64,000 nt of DNA from the NCBI GenBank assembly GCA_045123975.1, contig JBGVKV010000063.1, forward strand, positions 15,070-79,069. The letters are read 5' to 3'. Origin of the DNA: Eubacteriales bacterium (GTDB lineage: Bacteria; Bacillota; Clostridia; Oscillospirales; CAG-272). The notes under the pieces were generated by a model, which saw only the letters and a program-made list of their open reading frames with translations, did no database searches and was not told the origin of the DNA. Shown here piece by piece: positions 27,424 through 35,965 of the stretch (position 1 is its first letter; each line of letters starts with the position of its first letter). Both the position numbers and the translations under genes were made by a program.

Positions 27424-27798
27424 ATGGCAAACGAAAAGTCCACTCAGATCATTGAGCAGATCAAAGCTCTCACTATTCTTGAACTGGCCGACCTCGTAAA
27501 GGCAATCGAAGAGGAATTCGGCGTATCCGCAGCTCCCGTAGCAGTAGCTGGCGCAGCAGTTGCAGCAGCTCCCGCAGCAGAGGAGAAGACCGAGTTCGAC
27601 GTAATCCTGAAGAACTTCGGCGGCAACAAGCTCGGCGTTATCAAGGCTGTTCGCGAGATCACCGGTCTCGGCCTGAAGGAAGCAAAAGAGCTGGTTGAAG
27701 GCGCTCCCAAGACCCTGAAGGAAGCTGTATCCAAGGCTGACGCTGAGGCTATCCAGAAGACCCTCACCGAGGCTGGCGCAGAAGTAGAAATCAAGTAA
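27424..27798 (+). CDS. rplL: 50S ribosomal protein L7/L12
   Basis: Contains an Ala-rich hinge and the C-terminal [28 protein letters not shown]. The second ATG was chosen for 8-nt spacing from ggagga. An alternative ATG is at 27418. Confidence 0.93.
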   Translation: MANEKSTQIIEQIKALTILELADLVKAIEEEFGVSAAPVAVAGAAVAAAPAAEEKTEFDVILKNFGGNKLGVIKAVREITGLGLKEAKELVEGAPKTLKEAVSKADAEAIQKTLTEAGAEVEIK

Positions 27799-27813
27799 TT
27801 TCCGCTTTCATGC

Positions 27814-27846
27814 AAAAAAACCGTTGGAGTAATCCAACGGTTTTTT
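27814..27846. terminator. bidirectional rho-independent terminator
   Basis: aaaaaaa-ccgttgga-gtaa-tccaacgg-tttttt, located between the convergent rplL and fusion genes. Confidence 0.85.
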
Positions 27847-27853
27847 GTTTTTC

Positions 27854-29143
27854 TTACGGATTTATTTTTTTCGGGGGGTGTTTTTTCTTGCGGCCAGGCC
27901 GTCCTCCCCGGATGAAGGCCTCGGCGGCTTCTACTACCTTGCCCATATTCCGTCCGCCCAGTCGGCGGATAGCGGCGGCCTTGTCCGCCCATATGTAATC
28001 GGAGATTTCGTTTTCCCCGAGGGAAAGCTCTCCCTTGGCCTGCGCCAGGAAGAATACCACGTGCTTCAGGGCCTTGGCGGATACGGTGTAGGACATTTCC
28101 CGACGGAATCCCTCCCGCAGGGTTACGTGCAGACCTGTTTCCTCCCAAACCTCGCGAAGGGCGGTTTCTTGTTCCGTTTCGCCTGCGGCGATGTGCCCCT
28201 TGGGCAAACTCCACGTGCCGGATCGGTGCTGATACAGCACCAGATATTCGATGACACCGTCCGCTCGGGTGCGATAGACGATGGCACCGCAGGATTTTTC
28301 GTAAATGCATACGAGTGCCGTGTCGAAATACTGCTCCGCAAAGTGGACTGCCTCGGCAATCTGGGGCTCGTAGGCCATCATGCCCGTGGGAGCCACCACC
28401 AGCTTGTCCTCTTTATCGTCCCGCCGATGGACGGCGGCGATCACCGTGCCGGTGAACCGGCCCAGAGGCTTATTTATACCGTAAATATAGGCATCCATTT
28501 CCTCCCCGTCGGGGGACAGAATGCCGGGAACGTATCCGTAATTGATGGGATAGCGGATGTCCGGGTGCTCCGGATGGATGGAACCGGCGGGACGGTCGAC
28601 TACGATAGTCAGCCGTTTTCCCAGCAGCCGATCGGTGGCACTCAGGCGGAGAGTCTTCTGAATAAACTCGGATTTTGCGTGGGAGTATCCGATGGGATCG
28701 TTTTGGTACAGAGGCTGCAGACGGATCTTAAGCTGCTCATACTCGTTGGCCATGAATACGTGATTGTACAGGTAATTGCGGAAGCCCACCAGATCACACC
28801 AGGGCTGGCTGCCGTTCAGGGTGATCCAAAGGCGGTGCGAATCGGCACCGGAGCTCTTTTTCTGCTTGGCCATGCGGATGCATCCGGTGGCATCGGTGGG
28901 GATACGGCGGTATCCCATTTCCGTAAGGAGCTTGATAGCCGTGGGGGCGGCGGCACCGTCTGCCAGTCCCACGGCGATATCGATAACGGGCACGGCCAAA
29001 ATGCCGCGCACCGCGGTGGAGCCGATGTGCTGAATGGCGGGAGCCAGATCCCCCAGCTTTTTCCGAAGGGCAAGAATAGCCAGCTTGGCATCGTTCTCCC
29101 AGTAAACGGCGTGACGACTCAATATAATTTTCTGACGGGCCAT
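27854..29143 (-). CDS. three-domain fusion: GrpB (UPF0157, nucleotidyltransferase fold) + small inorganic-diphosphatase-like domain + NUDIX hydrolase
   Basis: 429 aa from the ATG at 29143 (RBS aaggaggtga). The GrpB motif is IQHIGSTAVRGILAVPVIDI. The middle domain reads VVDRPAGSIHPEHPDIRYPINYGYVPG...DGEEMDAYI. A perfect Nudix box follows: GHIAAGETEQETALREVWEETGL. Confidence 0.8.
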   Translation of the reverse strand: MARQKIILSRHAVYWENDAKLAILALRKKLGDLAPAIQHIGSTAVRGILAVPVIDIAVGLADGAAAPTAIKLLTEMGYRRIPTDATGCIRMAKQKKSSGADSHRLWITLNGSQPWCDLVGFRNYLYNHVFMANEYEQLKIRLQPLYQNDPIGYSHAKSEFIQKTLRLSATDRLLGKRLTIVVDRPAGSIHPEHPDIRYPINYGYVPGILSPDGEEMDAYIYGINKPLGRFTGTVIAAVHRRDDKEDKLVVAPTGMMAYEPQIAEAVHFAEQYFDTALVCIYEKSCGAIVYRTRADGVIEYLVLYQHRSGTWSLPKGHIAAGETEQETALREVWEETGLHVTLREGFRREMSYTVSAKALKHVVFFLAQAKGELSLGENEISDYIWADKAAAIRRLGGRNMGKVVEAAEAFIRGGRPGRKKKHPPKKINP

Positions 29144-29298
29144 CCGACGCTCACCTCCTTTGCCGATACCCGCAAAAATACGCACAAAAAGACAATAATA
29201 CACGTATTTTAATCTATACAGATAATTATACCGCAGACAGAGATATCCCGTCAAGGGATTGTGGGAATATTGTTACGAATCTGTGGCGAAAAAGCAAA

Positions 29299-30069
29299 TT
29301 ATTTGCCGGGGACGGTGCGGAGAATGTGCCGGAGCACTGCCAGCCGGGCATATTTTTTATCCTCAGCGGGGATGATAGTCCAGGGCGCGGCGGTGGTATC
29401 GGTGAGAGAAAACATATCTTCGGCGGCCGCCAAATATTCCTCCCGTTTGCTGCGGTTCCGCCAATCCTCCCCTGTCAGCTTCCACCGTTTTTGCGGATCG
29501 CTTAAACGGGCTTCAAATCGTCGCAGCTGTTCCTCCGGGGAGATTTCCAGCCAGAATTTGCATAGAATTGCCCCCTCTCTTGTGAGGGATTCCTCCATTT
29601 CGCAGATTTCCCCGTACGCACGCGACCACTGCTCCTCCGTGGCGAAGCCTTCCACCCGTTCTACGAGCACCCGCCCGTACCAGCTGCGATCGTAGATGGC
29701 AATGGAACCCACGGGCGGAAACGTGCGCCAGAATCGCCAAAGGTAATGGCGGGCTTTTTCTTCTTCGTTTGGTGCAGCCGTGGCAAACACCTGAAACCGA
29801 TCCTCCCGCAAGGCGTCCGTCAGTCGGCGGATGCATCCCCCTTTGCCGGATGCGTCCCAACCCTCAAAGACCACAATCAGCGATTGTCCCGCCGCCTTCA
29901 GCCGTCGGGGAATATCCCCGATTTGCTCCTGCAATTCTCGGAGGGATTTTTTATAGGTGGCCGGATCTGCCCGCAAACGCAGATCGGCTTCCGCCAGCCG
30001 TGGCGGCGGCAGGGTCAGATTTATCTCCTCGGCGTGTTCCGTGCGCATTTCGTCAATCATAGACGGCAC
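29299..30069 (-). CDS. ppk2: polyphosphate kinase 2 family (polyphosphate:nucleotide phosphotransferase)
   Basis: The Walker A is VFEGWDASGKGG, followed by DRSWYGRVLVERV. The length of 256 aa fits a single-domain PPK2. Confidence 0.85.
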   Translation of the reverse strand: MPSMIDEMRTEHAEEINLTLPPPRLAEADLRLRADPATYKKSLRELQEQIGDIPRRLKAAGQSLIVVFEGWDASGKGGCIRRLTDALREDRFQVFATAAPNEEEKARHYLWRFWRTFPPVGSIAIYDRSWYGRVLVERVEGFATEEQWSRAYGEICEMEESLTREGAILCKFWLEISPEEQLRRFEARLSDPQKRWKLTGEDWRNRSKREEYLAAAEDMFSLTDTTAAPWTIIPAEDKKYARLAVLRHILRTVPGK

Positions 30070-30191
30070 CTCTTTCGTTTTTTGTTAGTATGCCTGTTTT
30101 ATATTGCCTTATGGCAGACAAAATGCGGAATCCTTGCAATGGGCAAAAAGATAGTGTATAATATTGGTAAATGATGATAGGAGGTGAGGAT

Positions 30192-32342
30192 ATGCTGACG
30201 TGGAAATCCCCCGTATCCGTTATGCGCGGCGTAGGCAGTGCCAGAGAGAAGGCTTTGGCAACGATGGGAATACGTTCCGTGGGAGATCTTTTGTATCACG
30301 TTCCAAGAGGCTATCAGTGCCGAGGAAACGTGAAGACTCTGGCCGAGGCGGCGGAGATGGCGCGACGCGGGGAGGATCTGCCGGTGTCGCTGCTTTTGAG
30401 CGTGGCGGCGGAACCGAAGTATCGGATGATACGGCGGGGTATGTCCATTTTGCGCTTCCGTGCCTTCGATGAAACGGGCACCTGCGAAATCACCTACTTT
30501 AATCAGAATTATCTGCGGGACATATTCCACACCGGTGGCGAGTTCCGCTTTTTCGGCCGCATCAGTGTGGAGGGACGCACCCTCAAGATGTCCTCCCCCA
30601 TTTGGGAAGCCTGTGCCCCCGGTACAGTCTTGCCGGGCATTGTACCTGTTTACTCCCTTAGCGCAGGCTTGTCCCAGAAGATCCTGTCGGGGCTGGTTCG
30701 GGATGCGCTGGCGGGTGTGGGCAATCGTCTGCCGGAGATCATTCCCGCGGAGGTGGTACGGAATCAATCCCTTTGTACGCTTTCCTACGCCATAAAGAAT
30801 ATCCATTTTCCCGAGGATGGGGAAGCGCTGGCCCGTGCCCGCCGTCGGCTGATCTTTGAGGAGTATTTCACCTTTGGCCTGGCGGTGGCTTCCGCCACCC
30901 AGCCGGAGATGTCCGGTGTGCGGATTCCCCGATCGGATCTCACGCCCTTCACAGCGGAATTGCCTTATGCCCTGACCGGTGCCCAGATGCGCTCCGTTGA
31001 GGAAATCGCGTCGGATATGGCCGGTGGCAAGCGAATGAACCGAATCCTTATCGGTGACGTGGGATCGGGTAAGACCGCCGTAGCGGCGGCCGCCGCGTAT
31101 CTGGCCGCCCGCGGCGGCTATCAGACGGCGCTGATGGCCCCTACGGAAATCCTGGCTGTGCAGCATTACAGAGAGCTGTCCGACTTGCTGGGCCGATTGG
31201 GGATCGAGTGCGTGCTCCTTACGGGAGCCGTGACCGGGGCACGCCGCCGTGCGGTGTGTGAATCCCTCGCCCGTGAGGGCGGGGCCACGGTGGTGGTAGG
31301 AACCCACGCCCTTCTCAACGAGAGTGTGCAGTTTGCCCGATTGGGATTGGTCATCGAGGACGAACAGCACCGATTCGGTGTGCGTCAACGGGCCGCCTTG
31401 GCGGAGAAAAACGAGTCTGCCCACGTTCTGGTCATGAGTGCTACGCCCATTCCCCGTACATTGTCGCTGGTTACCTACGGCGGTATCCGCGTGTCCCGCC
31501 TGGACGAAATGCCGCCGGGCAGGCAGGTAGTGGATACCTTCGTGGTGGACGAAGGCTATCGGGCAAGACTCAACGCTTTTATCCGCCGTCAAACGGATGA
31601 AGGCCATCAGGTGTATATTGTCTGTCCCTCCGTGGAGGAGAATCCGGATAAGAAAATAAAGATCCCCGACGACCCGGAGGAGTTGGCGGATCTGATCTTC
31701 GGTACGGACGGCGATGCCGTCGAAAAGCCGCCTTTGAAGGCGGCGGTGGAATTTGCCGAAACGGTTGCGGCTGCGTTCCCCGATTTGTCCGTGGCCTTTG
31801 TCCACGGAAAGATGAAGAACGCCGAAAAGGATCGAGTGATGCAATCCTTCACCCAAGGCGATATCCATATACTCGTGTCTACTACGGTGATCGAGGTGGG
31901 CGTGAACGTACCCAACGCCACTCTGATGATCATCGAAAATGCGGAGCGGTTCGGTCTGTCTCAGCTGCACCAGCTGCGGGGCCGTGTTGGTCGCGGCAAG
32001 GCGAAATCCTATTGCGTGCTGGTGTCCGACGCCAAGGGAGAGGATGCCCGTGCACGGCTGAGCGTGCTCAAAAAGAATCACGACGGCAACGCCATCGCGG
32101 AGGAGGATCTGCGGCTTCGCGGCCCCGGCGATTTCCTCAAAACGGGCGGTGAGATCCGCCAGCACGGCGACGTGCGCTTGCCGGTGACGGCCGGCCCGGG
32201 GGATGTGGAGATCCTGGCGGCGGCAATGGAGGAGGCACGGGGAATTTTGGAAAGTGATCCCACGCTGTCCCATCCTGAGCACGCGGCTCTCCGCCAGGCG
32301 GCGGAATCGGCCCTTCGGGATACAGCCAATACGATGAATTGA
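30192..32342 (+). CDS. recG: ATP-dependent DNA helicase RecG
   Basis: A wedge domain N-terminus is followed by Walker A GDVGSGKTAVA, the DEQH box VIEDEQHRFGV, and motif VI QLHQLRGRVGRG. The start is at the ATG after RBS ggaggtgagga. Confidence 0.92.
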   Translation: MLTWKSPVSVMRGVGSAREKALATMGIRSVGDLLYHVPRGYQCRGNVKTLAEAAEMARRGEDLPVSLLLSVAAEPKYRMIRRGMSILRFRAFDETGTCEITYFNQNYLRDIFHTGGEFRFFGRISVEGRTLKMSSPIWEACAPGTVLPGIVPVYSLSAGLSQKILSGLVRDALAGVGNRLPEIIPAEVVRNQSLCTLSYAIKNIHFPEDGEALARARRRLIFEEYFTFGLAVASATQPEMSGVRIPRSDLTPFTAELPYALTGAQMRSVEEIASDMAGGKRMNRILIGDVGSGKTAVAAAAAYLAARGGYQTALMAPTEILAVQHYRELSDLLGRLGIECVLLTGAVTGARRRAVCESLAREGGATVVVGTHALLNESVQFARLGLVIEDEQHRFGVRQRAALAEKNESAHVLVMSATPIPRTLSLVTYGGIRVSRLDEMPPGRQVVDTFVVDEGYRARLNAFIRRQTDEGHQVYIVCPSVEENPDKKIKIPDDPEELADLIFGTDGDAVEKPPLKAAVEFAETVAAAFPDLSVAFVHGKMKNAEKDRVMQSFTQGDIHILVSTTVIEVGVNVPNATLMIIENAERFGLSQLHQLRGRVGRGKAKSYCVLVSDAKGEDARARLSVLKKNHDGNAIAEEDLRLRGPGDFLKTGGEIRQHGDVRLPVTAGPGDVEILAAAMEEARGILESDPTLSHPEHAALRQAAESALRDTANTMN

Positions 32343-32375
32343 AAAAAGGCTATCGCCTCACGCGATAGCCTTTTT
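32342..32375. terminator. bidirectional rho-independent terminator
   Basis: aaaaaa-ggctatcgc-ctcac-gcgatagcc-ttttt. Confidence 0.85.
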
Positions 32376-32377
32376 GT

Positions 32378-32746
32378 TTATTTCAAGTTTTCCACATAGG
32401 TTTTGATGGCGCGGAAGGTTTCGTCGCTGAGATCGTGCTCCACCTTACAGGCGTCCTCCGATGCGGTGGTGGGATCTACGCCGAGACGGACGAACAATTC
32501 CGTCAGGATGGTATGCCGCTCGTAGGTTTTGGCGGCGGCCTCCCGACCGGATTCCGTCAGAAGCAGATGTCCCTCATCGTTCGTTACCACGTATCCGCCC
32601 TGCTTCAGAAGGCCGATGGCACGGCTGACGCTTGGCTTGGAGAAGCCCATATGCTCTCCTACGTCCACGGCGCGAACCGGTTTTCCCGTTTTCGACAACA
32701 CGTATATGGTTTCCAGATACATTTCGCCCGATTCCTGCAGGTGCAT
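32378..32746 (-). CDS. DtxR/MntR-family metal-dependent transcriptional regulator (short form)
   Basis: ESGEMYLETIYVL...VRAVDVGEHMGFSKPSVSRAIGLLKQGGYV is a winged HTH. The dimerisation/metal region is HTILTELF...ACKVEH. Confidence 0.8.
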   Translation of the reverse strand: MHLQESGEMYLETIYVLSKTGKPVRAVDVGEHMGFSKPSVSRAIGLLKQGGYVVTNDEGHLLLTESGREAAAKTYERHTILTELFVRLGVDPTTASEDACKVEHDLSDETFRAIKTYVENLK

Positions 32747-32800
32747 ACGATCCCTCCTTTTTGCTTTCTGTATTTAGGATACCACAGATTTATGAATATT

Positions 32801-33853
32801 TCAAGAGTTCTTTCCGTATAAAAGAGGCTTGTAGGCCTTGAACGCGCCGGGAATGGCGTGATTCTCCATATCCTCCGTGCCTGCCCAGGCATATCCGTCG
32901 GGCAATTCGGGCGGATCTCCCGCAAGAGATACCATAAAACCGCTCATCTGCCACTCAATGTGGGAAAACAGATGACGGGAGGGGGAGAGAGGTGTCGGGA
33001 CTCCAGGGGATACCCCGGGAAGAAATTCCCGCAGGCGGGCGAGGGCCTCTTTTTCCGACAACTCTTCCTCAAAGAGAAAGGGCTGCCACAATCCGGACAG
33101 AAGTCCTCCCTCCGGGCGACGGGCCAGAAGCCACTTGTTGTCCCACTGGGTTAGGAGAATGGTGATCTTTTGTATCCGTCGGGGCTTCTTTTCACCCCGT
33201 ACGGGAAGATAGGATGCGCTGCCGGCGCCGTATGCCGCGCACCGATCGGACAGCGGGCAATCCGCACACCGGGGCTCACCGGGTACGCAGACCAGCGCTC
33301 CCAATTCCATCAGTGCCTGGTTGAAATCGCCCGGTGTTTCCTTCGGCAATTCCTCTGTCACGCGGGCGGTGTAGCGCTTCTTCGTTGCACCCATCATAAT
33401 ATCGGCACGGTCGTTGTAGAGGCGGGAAAATACCCGCATCACGTTTCCGTCCACGGCGGGGACGGGGATGCCGTAGCTGATGGATGCAATGGCGCCGGCG
33501 GTGTACTCTCCAATGCCGGGCAGAGCCAGCAGTTCTTCATAGGTGGTGGGTAACTCCCCTCCGTATTGTTCCAGAAGTACAGCGGCAGCACGGCGCAGAT
33601 TATCCGCCCGGCTGTAATAGCCCAGGCCCTCCCACAGCTTGTGCAGCCGATCGGTGGGGCACTGTGCCAGATCTGCGGGCGTAGGCAGTGCTTCCATAAA
33701 ACGGGCGTAGTAGGGAAGCACCGCACTCATGCGGGTCTGCTGGAGCATGATCTCGCTGACCCAGATATGATACGGTGTGGGATCCTCCCGGAAGGGGAGG
33801 GACCGTCGGTTTTTATAAAACCACGTCAAAAGCGGCGTTGCAATATGCAGCAT
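32801..33853 (-). CDS. mutY: A/G-specific adenine DNA glycosylase
   Basis: An HhH-GPD core (LPGIGEYTAGAIASI), 4Fe-4S Cys ligands (CVPGEPRCADCPLSDRC), and a C-terminal NUDIX-like 8-oxoG recognition domain. Confidence 0.9.
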   Translation of the reverse strand: MLHIATPLLTWFYKNRRSLPFREDPTPYHIWVSEIMLQQTRMSAVLPYYARFMEALPTPADLAQCPTDRLHKLWEGLGYYSRADNLRRAAAVLLEQYGGELPTTYEELLALPGIGEYTAGAIASISYGIPVPAVDGNVMRVFSRLYNDRADIMMGATKKRYTARVTEELPKETPGDFNQALMELGALVCVPGEPRCADCPLSDRCAAYGAGSASYLPVRGEKKPRRIQKITILLTQWDNKWLLARRPEGGLLSGLWQPFLFEEELSEKEALARLREFLPGVSPGVPTPLSPSRHLFSHIEWQMSGFMVSLAGDPPELPDGYAWAGTEDMENHAIPGAFKAYKPLLYGKNS

Positions 33854-33863
33854 AGTCTATCCT

Positions 33864-35438
33864 TTACGGTATGATTTCGGTGCGGTGATTTTGACGGTCG
33901 ATAAGGACGCTTGTCCCGTCACTCAGACAGATCACCTGAATGGTGGAGGGGTGTGCTTCCTTATGGGAGGCACAGTATACCCGCCGCAATTCGCCTTCAC
34001 GGGGATCCCTTGGGGGATCCAGCTCGTCCGGCAGAGAGCCTGCCTCATGGGTCAGCCAATCCAGCATTAGACAATCGTCTACCTCAGATAACTTGTCCGA
34101 CGGCACCCGATTCGCGGCAAATCGGCGGAAAGCGGAGAAGGCGTTCCTTTGGGATAATGCCCGCACGGCGGGAATGGCATCCGCCAGATCGGCGAAAAAG
34201 GCGAAGGGAGACTGTTCATCCGCCAAAAGAAAGGCGAGGGTGCGTGGGAAATTGCCGCCGCCCGCAAAGCGGTCCAGCACCTCGTCGATCCGGTGCAGAC
34301 GGTAAAGTTCCTCGTAGGTAAGACAGTCGCTGACGAGCACCTCGTAAGGCGGGGCAGGGGAATATCGGTACCCCATTTCGTCACAGGTTGCCCGCAGGCT
34401 TGTCCCGGGCAAAAGCTTCAGAAATCCCAGCTGCAAAAGATCGCATACGGGGAAGGTCTCGTCAAAAGAGCGGGCGAATCGCTCAAAATTCTCGCAGGGC
34501 AATCCGGCGATCAAATCCGCGTGGACGTGGATATTGCCTGTTTTGCGGATGCGGTCCAAAGCGGAGAGAATCTTTGCGGGATCGGCGTGCCGATCGATGG
34601 TGCGGAGGGTATCCGGATTGGTGGACTGCACGCCGCATTCCAGCTGAATACGCCCCTTGGGCATGGCAGCCAGCGTGCGGAAGTTTTCCTCGTCCAAAAG
34701 ATCGGCGCATACCTCGAAATGGTAGGTCTTCGAGAATGAATCTCCGGCCAAAGCCCGCCAGATAGCATCCGCCCGACGGCGGTCGAAATTGAAGGTGCGG
34801 TCCACGAATTTGATGACGGCTACGCCGTCCATGGATTCAAATCGGGCCAGCTCCGCAATGGTTGCCTCAGCGGATTTTGCCCGTACCCCATGGGTGGCGG
34901 AGGACAGGCAGTAGGAGCAGCGGAAGGGGCATCCTCTTGCGGATTCGTAATACAGAATTCCGCCGGTTTTTGTGTGGGGAGGGTACAGATCGTACAGGAT
35001 TCCCGCCTGTTCAAATCCGCCATAGGGGGTGCCGCAGAGGATGGTGTGCTTGGGCGGCGGATTGTCTAAATAATCTGGGAAGGCGTCCTCGCCCTCACCG
35101 GCGATAATGTTGTCCACAAAAGGATGGCGCGCAAAAAAAGACACGTCCTCATAGGAGATTTCCGGCCCGCCCAACACGATCTTTGCCTCCGGGCGGAGCT
35201 GCCGCAGATCGGCGGCCAAAGAGAGAACGGTGTCCCGATTCCAGATGTACACAGAGAACCCGTACACGTCCGCATTCGCTTCATACAGCGCCGTAAGAAA
35301 TTCCCGCCGCCGATCCTTAAGAGAGCGCTCAATCAGGACCGCTTCGTGTCCCCGCAGAGTGAGCGCGCGGGCGATACAGCGAACGGCCAGATTGGTATGT
35401 ACGTAGGATGCGTTGCAGGCAACGAGAGCGACTTTCAT
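33864..35438 (-). CDS. B12-binding-domain radical SAM protein with DUF4080-type C-terminus
   Basis: The N-terminal B12-binding-like region is MKVALVACNASYVHTNLAVRCIA. The radical SAM motif is CPFRCSYC. Length is 524 aa. Confidence 0.8.
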   Translation of the reverse strand: MKVALVACNASYVHTNLAVRCIARALTLRGHEAVLIERSLKDRRREFLTALYEANADVYGFSVYIWNRDTVLSLAADLRQLRPEAKIVLGGPEISYEDVSFFARHPFVDNIIAGEGEDAFPDYLDNPPPKHTILCGTPYGGFEQAGILYDLYPPHTKTGGILYYESARGCPFRCSYCLSSATHGVRAKSAEATIAELARFESMDGVAVIKFVDRTFNFDRRRADAIWRALAGDSFSKTYHFEVCADLLDEENFRTLAAMPKGRIQLECGVQSTNPDTLRTIDRHADPAKILSALDRIRKTGNIHVHADLIAGLPCENFERFARSFDETFPVCDLLQLGFLKLLPGTSLRATCDEMGYRYSPAPPYEVLVSDCLTYEELYRLHRIDEVLDRFAGGGNFPRTLAFLLADEQSPFAFFADLADAIPAVRALSQRNAFSAFRRFAANRVPSDKLSEVDDCLMLDWLTHEAGSLPDELDPPRDPREGELRRVYCASHKEAHPSTIQVICLSDGTSVLIDRQNHRTEIIP

Positions 35439-35463
35439 TTCGAAACTTCCTTTATCGTGATAC

Positions 35464-35853
35464 CTATATTATATCTTTTTTCCCCCGTTGCTTCAAGCGG
35501 ATTTTCCGTTTTTGTCCCTTCTTTTTCTCCGGCGGGATCAGGTATCCGTTCTGCCAGCGATGGGTCAGCTCTTTCCGTGCCTCGGTGCGTCCCCGGTGGC
35601 GGAGAAGCAGCAGGTATTCCACCACCAGGACATCACCCTCCCGGCGAAGCGTGTAATCTGCCGTGTAGGTACGGGATATCCCCTCCGTATTGTGGACGAT
35701 TTCTTCTATATATGCAGCGGCCCCATCCCGCAGTGCGCGGTAGAAGCCGTTGAGGGTGTCCGCGGCTCTGCGTTCGTTTTCGGCGTCTGCCTCAAATTGG
35801 GGATAGGCGATCCGTCCGCGCGCAAAGGCTTCGGTGATTCTGTTCTCTTTCAT
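35464..35853 (-). CDS. hypothetical protein
   Basis: 129 aa from the ATG at 35853 (RBS gggagga). It has a basic C-terminal tail and no motif I recognise. Confidence 0.45.
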   Translation of the reverse strand: MKENRITEAFARGRIAYPQFEADAENERRAADTLNGFYRALRDGAAAYIEEIVHNTEGISRTYTADYTLRREGDVLVVEYLLLLRHRGRTEARKELTHRWQNGYLIPPEKKKGQKRKIRLKQRGKKDII

Positions 35854-35965
35854 ATATATCCTCCCTGCCTGCTTCAGTATATGTGGGCAGAATAGGGAAG
35901 ATGTGTTGCAATCGGCCGTTTTTTCCTTTATAATGTATGTATACCGATCATTTGGAGTGAACATT

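Noticed and set aside
30099-32282. 727-aa minus-strand ORF
   Set aside because: It is antisense to recG, which has Walker A, DEQH and motif VI. It is a shadow ORF.
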